Of a stretch of 64,000 nucleotides of DNA, positions 58,971-64,000 are shown in pieces (the first letter of the stretch is position 1; every line of letters begins with the position of its first letter). The position numbers and the translations under genes were made by a program. The DNA is from Nitrososphaeraceae archaeon (GTDB lineage Archaea > Thermoproteota > Nitrososphaeria > Nitrososphaerales > Nitrososphaeraceae), in contig JBIOZG010000015.1 in NCBI GenBank assembly GCA_044870765.1, positions 1 to 64,000 on the forward strand, read 5' to 3'. The notes under the pieces are model-generated. The model had not been told where the DNA came from and did not search any database. It worked only from the letters and a program-made list of their open reading frames with translations.

Positions 58971-60278
58971 TCAAGGTTCAAGCCTAGCCATTGTTCTTGG
59001 GAAGAGTACACAATCTTTAATATCCTCTAGATTGGCCAGCCATCTGACTAATCGTTCAATACCAATACCAAAACCTCCATGAGGCACGGATCCATATTTT
59101 CTAAGGTCTAGGTACCATGAATACGAATTCATGTCGAGTCCCTCCTTCATAATCCTGGATTTCAATAGGTCAATATTGTCCTCTCTCATACCACCACTAC
59201 TCACTTCGCCAAATCCGTCAGGCAATAATAAATCGGTGGTTAGAGCAATTCCTTGTTCTTCTGGGTCCTCCTTCACATAAAACGGTTTGACATTGAGTGG
59301 ATATCCATACACAAATACAGGATTGATTCGATCCTTAGTCAGTATTTTTTCGGAATCTATATTCAAATCATCTCCCCATTCTATTTTTCTAGACAGCTCT
59401 CCATCTTGAATCTGGATGTCTTTTGAACGGAGATCGTCAATTGCCTGATTATAACTCAATTTATCAAATGGTTCTGTGATTTTATTTAAAGCTTGTATAT
59501 CTCGATTCAAAAATTCCAACTCTTCTCTTTTTTTTCTTGCTAAATTTCGAACCAAATATACAAGTAATTTTTCCTGTATGCTGAATAGATCAGTTATAGA
59601 TATCCAAGGAGCTTCTGCCTCTAAATGCAAATATTCTGCAAGATGTCTAAGTGTTCTTGATTTTTCAGCCCTGAATGAGGGACCTATCGTCCAGACCGGA
59701 CCCAATGAGAAAATTAAGGCTTCTAGATATAGTTGCGCACTTTGAGACAAAAATGCTTCATCTTTAAAGTACTTGACGGGAAATAGAGTTGAACCACCTT
59801 CCACTGCACTTTTGACTAAAATAGGTGCTGTGACTTCCATCCAGTCATTTTCTACAAACCAATTACGTACTACTTCAATAATCGTTGCTCTTACTTTTGC
59901 TATCGTAATCATCTTTCTTGTACGCAGAGTCAAGTGTCTATAATCCAATAACAGTTCTGTGCTTTGGTATTCTCTAATTGGAAAGTCATTATTGGCTATA
60001 CTATAAATCTTGACGTCATTTCCTCTTATCTCGAAGCCACCTTCTTTTGCTCTTTCGTCTTTGAATAGGATCCCTTGAACTTCTAAGGATGACTCTATCG
60101 TGAGATCTGGTACCCTTGCACTTGGAAGGACACATTGAATTATTCCTCCTCGTTCGTCTCTGATTATTATGAATGATTTGTCTTTTTGTTTACGTAATCT
60201 GTATACCCACCCCCTAACTCTGATTTCTTTACCAAGGAATTCATCCTTCTTGATTTCACTAATCCTGTGATGCTTCAA
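58971..60278 (-). CDS. asnS: asparagine--tRNA ligase
   Basis: OB-fold (RGWVYR), LSQSAQLYLE (not the AspRS-type QSPQLYKQ), FRAEKSRT.RHL, WYLDLRKYGSVPHGGFGIGIER and FPR. Confidence 0.88.
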   Translation of the reverse strand: MKHHRISEIKKDEFLGKEIRVRGWVYRLRKQKDKSFIIIRDERGGIIQCVLPSARVPDLTIESSLEVQGILFKDERAKEGGFEIRGNDVKIYSIANNDFPIREYQSTELLLDYRHLTLRTRKMITIAKVRATIIEVVRNWFVENDWMEVTAPILVKSAVEGGSTLFPVKYFKDEAFLSQSAQLYLEALIFSLGPVWTIGPSFRAEKSRTLRHLAEYLHLEAEAPWISITDLFSIQEKLLVYLVRNLARKKREELEFLNRDIQALNKITEPFDKLSYNQAIDDLRSKDIQIQDGELSRKIEWGDDLNIDSEKILTKDRINPVFVYGYPLNVKPFYVKEDPEEQGIALTTDLLLPDGFGEVSSGGMREDNIDLLKSRIMKEGLDMNSYSWYLDLRKYGSVPHGGFGIGIERLVRWLANLEDIKDCVLFPRTMARLEP

Positions 60279-60400
60279 TTGTGTATTTACGACGCGAACG
60301 ATCTTTATAATGATATTGTACCGTCTTTTTAGGGGTCAATAAAATATTTAATTAGCATTAAAAATGAATTTATAGAATAAAAATAGTCTACTACTCACTA

Positions 60401-60739
60401 ATGGAATATAAAGTATGCAAGAGCGAAGAACTGCCAAATAATTCCATGAAGGCAATACTGATTCAAGGTAATATGATTCTTGTGTGTAGATCCAACGATC
60501 GCTTATTTGCACTTGATAATTCATGTCCTCATAGAGGAGCTTCTCTTTCAAAAAGTGACATGAAAGGAACAAAGATAATATGCTATATGCATGATTTTGA
60601 ATATGATCTTGTTAGTGGAAAATTATTACACATTCCAAGCAAGTGGCAGGATCAAAACCCTAATTGGATTAAATCTGGAGAGTTGTTACTCTTTCCAGTA
60701 TCTGAAAAGGATGGGGAAATCTGTATTGAATTGTCTTGA
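60401..60739 (+). CDS. Rieske [2Fe-2S] ferredoxin
   Basis: CPHRG...CYMH (CxH..CxxH). Confidence 0.9.
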   Translation: MEYKVCKSEELPNNSMKAILIQGNMILVCRSNDRLFALDNSCPHRGASLSKSDMKGTKIICYMHDFEYDLVSGKLLHIPSKWQDQNPNWIKSGELLLFPVSEKDGEICIELS

Positions 60740-60838
60740 TATTTACTGATAAAATATACGCTTTGTACAGGAGAATTTACATACAATTCAATTACTTTAT
60801 AAATATTGATGATATCATTCGCGGTAATTGTAAAGAGT

Positions 60839-61591
60839 CTAATCCTGTACTCTTGGAGCTAAATAGAAATGAATTCTTCCTACATTTGCAACCCTAAATT
60901 CTAACCTCAATGGCATTTTTGTAGAATAGTCCAGTACCAGGGATCCTCCAGAGGCGCTTATGGCTTTGGTAATTTTTGACAAGTAGTCCAGACTGTATGT
61001 GGCCTTACTCTTCTCCTTAACCTGCAGTTCTTCAAGGCCTTCGCTGCCAGATTCAATAACAATGTCAGCTTCTCCATAGTCGCTTTTGCCAGAAAAGGTA
61101 ATTTTCTTTTCATCAGACTCTATTGAAATATATTCTGATACCACTTCGATATCTGAGAGTATTTTATCAAATGATGCAGGGGTTAGTACTAGCTTGGAAT
61201 TAAAATTTAATTTTGGTAGGGGGGTGGAACCTCCAGTACTTTCAATCAATCGCATTTTATATTCTCTTCTATACCCATTTAAAATTTTGATGCGAAGCAT
61301 ACTGTTCTCTTCTACAGAAACTTCAACCGCATCCTTTTTCTCAGCTCTTTTCATCAATTTTGAAAATTCATCTATTCTAACTCCGAATTTCAGTGCTGAG
61401 TCACACTCGTAACCATCGAAAGCCGAATTTGGCCAGCTAATATCAATTAACGCAACGTGAGAAGGATCCATTCCTCTAAATGACAAACCTTCGACAGTTG
61501 CTTCAAAGGTGGCCTCATCAACTAACGTAGAAATTGCTGATGTTACAGCTTTCCATTCATCAGGTGTTTTTGTCTTTGCTAAAAATACCAA
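60839..61591 (-). CDS. pcn: DNA sliding clamp PCNA
   Basis: MDPSHVALI, YSLDYL and FYLAPRV. Confidence 0.97.
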   Translation of the reverse strand: MVFLAKTKTPDEWKAVTSAISTLVDEATFEATVEGLSFRGMDPSHVALIDISWPNSAFDGYECDSALKFGVRIDEFSKLMKRAEKKDAVEVSVEENSMLRIKILNGYRREYKMRLIESTGGSTPLPKLNFNSKLVLTPASFDKILSDIEVVSEYISIESDEKKITFSGKSDYGEADIVIESGSEGLEELQVKEKSKATYSLDYLSKITKAISASGGSLVLDYSTKMPLRLEFRVANVGRIHFYLAPRVQD

Positions 61592-61767
61592 ACTATATCA
61601 ATCAAGAGGCAGATTTAAAACATTTTAAACATTCCTATTTTTTTGAAAAGCATTAGAATCAAGGTTCAATAAATATACGGAAATCAACAGAACAAAATCA
61701 CGCGTTTAATAACAAATATATAATAATTTTGTTAGTTGACGTCTAAAAAAATATTCAGAATATACTC

Positions 61768-62085
61768 TTACGCGTAATTTCGCCAGGTATGGCTACATTG
61801 CGTACATCTATAAAATTGAGTAGTAGCTTCATCTGCCGATCTTGTTTGTAACATCCACCAGAACGCTATGTTGTTTCCACATTTGGGACAATCAATACTA
61901 GTAGTTGGGAGGGCACTAGGACCTTTTTCAGACTCAACTATCTTAAGACTGGCTCCACTTTGTTCTATTAAGGGAATTGTTTTGATTTCGTTTTTCGCTT
62001 CCGTGAAGCCACACTTTGGACAAATTAATATATTCTCCTCTATTCGTGGTTTCATCCTACTTTCGCAATTTGGACAAAACTTCAA
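61768..62085 (-). CDS. tfs: transcription factor S (TFS/RpoM)
   Basis: FCPNC..CPKC; CPKCG..QTRSADE..T.FYRC..C. Confidence 0.95.
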   Translation of the reverse strand: MKFCPNCESRMKPRIEENILICPKCGFTEAKNEIKTIPLIEQSGASLKIVESEKGPSALPTTSIDCPKCGNNIAFWWMLQTRSADEATTQFYRCTQCSHTWRNYA

Positions 62086-62378
62086 GTAGGACCCGCACTC
62101 TTTTCATTGGTTACTGCTGAATTAATCATGTCTTTAATTTTGAGCGCATTATCAGAAGAAGACTGTAATGCTTTGTGCAAAACATCCAGAGGTTTGGATT
62201 TTTTAGTCACAATTCTGAAACTAAAATCCTCTTTTAGCTGATGTTTCAATACAACACCGGCAAATTCTACTTCTTTTTCGTTCAAAAGTTCATGCTGTAC
62301 TATGTAAAGAATTGAGATATCTTCGCTTACATTCAAATTAATTTCATTGGATTTATAATTTTCTAACTCCGCCTGCAT
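62082..62378 (-). CDS. rpoL: RNA polymerase subunit Rpo11 (RpoL)
   Basis: EDISIL..VQHELL..VEFAG...H; rpoL-tfs-pcn synteny. Confidence 0.85.
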   Translation of the reverse strand: MQAELENYKSNEINLNVSEDISILYIVQHELLNEKEVEFAGVVLKHQLKEDFSFRIVTKKSKPLDVLHKALQSSSDNALKIKDMINSAVTNEKSAGPT

Positions 62379-62430
62379 TATACAGACAACTACTTATTGA
62401 AGATATAAATTATACCATCTGCGAGGCTTA

Positions 62431-62940
62431 TTGCAGACAAGCTCTATTTCAGATATTAATGTTGGTTCGTCTCATGATAGCATAAGATCTAATGATGTCT
62501 TGACCTTAAGTTTAAGTTTCAATATAGATGGCTTGATTAGGGAAAATTTTTCTCAAAAAAATTGGGAAAGAGCATATGACAAACACGATAATGGGTTTAG
62601 ACTTACAATATCTCTAGTTCTTAAGGTAGGCAGAAATACTATTGATGAGGTAAAATTTGTGAGAAAAGCAGTTCTATTCTGGACGAGAAATCCCAAACTG
62701 TCACACAGAGTGTGGGTCTCTATTATTAAGGATGAAACGCCTCATTATCCGTTGACAATTGAAGAGGCAAAGTCGCTATTATTTGATGTGACTAAAACTA
62801 TGGAGCTTGATAGTAATAAGTTGAAAGAGGGAGAGAATGAGATCCATGTCTCTATCAAAGTTTCCTGGGGGAAGCATCTGTATACAGACCCCTTTGAGAT
62901 TCACGGAGAAACTAAGGTTGTAAAAGTTAACAAAACATAA
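62431..62940 (+). CDS. hypothetical beta-rich protein
   Basis: 169-aa ORF with alternating beta-strand patterns. Confidence 0.7.
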   Translation: MQTSSISDINVGSSHDSIRSNDVLTLSLSFNIDGLIRENFSQKNWERAYDKHDNGFRLTISLVLKVGRNTIDEVKFVRKAVLFWTRNPKLSHRVWVSIIKDETPHYPLTIEEAKSLLFDVTKTMELDSNKLKEGENEIHVSIKVSWGKHLYTDPFEIHGETKVVKVNKT

Positions 62941-63002
62941 AACTCGTCCTTGTGCCATTTTTCGTCTTAATATAAATATAGTCAATTGTGATGAATCACT
63001 TA

Positions 63003-63149
63003 ATGGCAAAGTTTGATGGTATCAAAGGACAAGAATTACTCGATGTAGAAGAACAAAAGGATGAGATTACATTAATCTTTAAAGACAATAGGTTTTTGTT
63101 CATCAAAATAGAAAATGGCAAATTGGTCTCTGATTCAGTACCAGAATAA
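63003..63149 (+). CDS. 48-aa hypothetical protein (missed by the ORF track)
   Basis: MAKFDGIKGQELLDVEEQKDEITLIFKDNRFLFIKIENGKLVSDSVPE*; TATAAATA about 27-34 nt upstream. Confidence 0.7.
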   Translation: MAKFDGIKGQELLDVEEQKDEITLIFKDNRFLFIKIENGKLVSDSVPE

Positions 63150-63208
63150 ATTGATAACAAAGCAGCTCCATATTATCAAGAATAATTTAGAAAACGCAAT
63201 ACCGATAG

Positions 63209-63880
63209 ATGAACTATTTGGGTACCATTGATAGTGTAAATAAAGATATCATAAACTGCACTCTTTGCAACAGGTTAGTAAAATACACACAATTAGTTGG
63301 TAAGAATAAAGTAAAACGATTTTCAAATCAAGTATACTGGTCTAAACCTGTTACTGGATTTGGAGACCCGAATGCAAAAGTACTGATTATTGGTCTAGCG
63401 CCAGCTGCTCACGGCGCCAACAGGACTGGCAGGTTGTTTACTGGAGATCATTCAGGACAGTGGCTAATTAGAGCGCTCTATGAAATGGGATTTTCAAATA
63501 TGCCTACTAGTACATCTTCTGATGATGGGTTGAATCTCCATGATGTTTTCATTACTTCTTGTATAAGATGTGCACCTCCATTAAACAAGCCACTCCCTTC
63601 AGAACTAATTAATTGCTCAAAGTTTCTAAAGAGTGAGATTGAATTATTTAAAAGGATAAAAATTGTAATAACTTTGGGATCCATAGCATTTCGGACATAT
63701 TGCAAGATAAATGATTTAGAGAAATTGAAATTCTATCATTTGGCTAATTACCAAGTAAATGACAAACGTCTAATAGTATCATATCATCCCAGTCGACAGA
63801 ACACCAATACGCATAGATTAACATGGGAAATGTGGATACGAGTTTTCAAACTAGTGAAGTCAATACTGGATAATAACTAA
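63209..63880 (+). CDS. uracil-DNA glycosylase family 5 (UdgB, Fe-S)
   Basis: CTLC, GLAPAAHGANRTGR.FTGD, RCAPP.NKP and YHPS. Confidence 0.92.
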   Translation: MNYLGTIDSVNKDIINCTLCNRLVKYTQLVGKNKVKRFSNQVYWSKPVTGFGDPNAKVLIIGLAPAAHGANRTGRLFTGDHSGQWLIRALYEMGFSNMPTSTSSDDGLNLHDVFITSCIRCAPPLNKPLPSELINCSKFLKSEIELFKRIKIVITLGSIAFRTYCKINDLEKLKFYHLANYQVNDKRLIVSYHPSRQNTNTHRLTWEMWIRVFKLVKSILDNN

Positions 63881-64000
63881 ATTCTAATAGAAATTATAAA
63901 ATTGAATCGAATATCATAGTCATTTCGTTTTCAATGCAGATTTTATTAATTATATTATAAATAAGATAAATATTTCATTTATGAGTGCGGGAATTAGAAT

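Noticed and set aside
1-64000. CRISPR array, IS element, rRNA or recognisable defence system
   Set aside because: No regularly spaced repeats, transposase motifs or rRNA-like sequence were seen by eye.

Overview
Chromosomal window of an AT-rich ammonia-oxidising archaeon (Nitrososphaerota, most likely a soil Nitrososphaeraceae-type lineage). The call rests on archaeal EF-2, TFB, PCNA, RpoL/TFS, eS25, SRP19, an ESCRT-III/CdvB paralogue, tetraether synthase, futalosine-pathway genes and a 3HP/4HB-type crotonase. Bases 1 to ~11.9 kb look accessory: an HTH protein, a GT4 glycosyltransferase, a Mn-catalase + ferritin-like + hydrophilin stress cluster, DUF72, tRNA-Phe, an adenylate cyclase and small Zn-finger genes. 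From ~12 kb to 64 kb is mostly core: ilvA, HMG-CoA synthase, mqnC/E/D, EF-2, pelota, tes, a peptide ABC transporter, the shikimate/aromatic operon, tRNA-Tyr, ligase, gatD, asnS, PCNA and UDG. The most notable signals read from the sequence are: a LEA-like gene split exactly at an in-frame A-AAA-AAG slippery heptamer; two tRNAs with non-canonical BHB introns (one has two introns), both with C at T-loop position 54; a DUF72 protein ending in a PIP-box-like motif; a CBS+HPF-like candidate ribosome hibernation factor; a TrmB gene divergent from tetraether synthase across a perfect palindrome; and several ORFs missed by the ORF track. No CRISPR array, integrase, transposase or rRNA was seen. All calls come from motif recognition by eye, not database searches.
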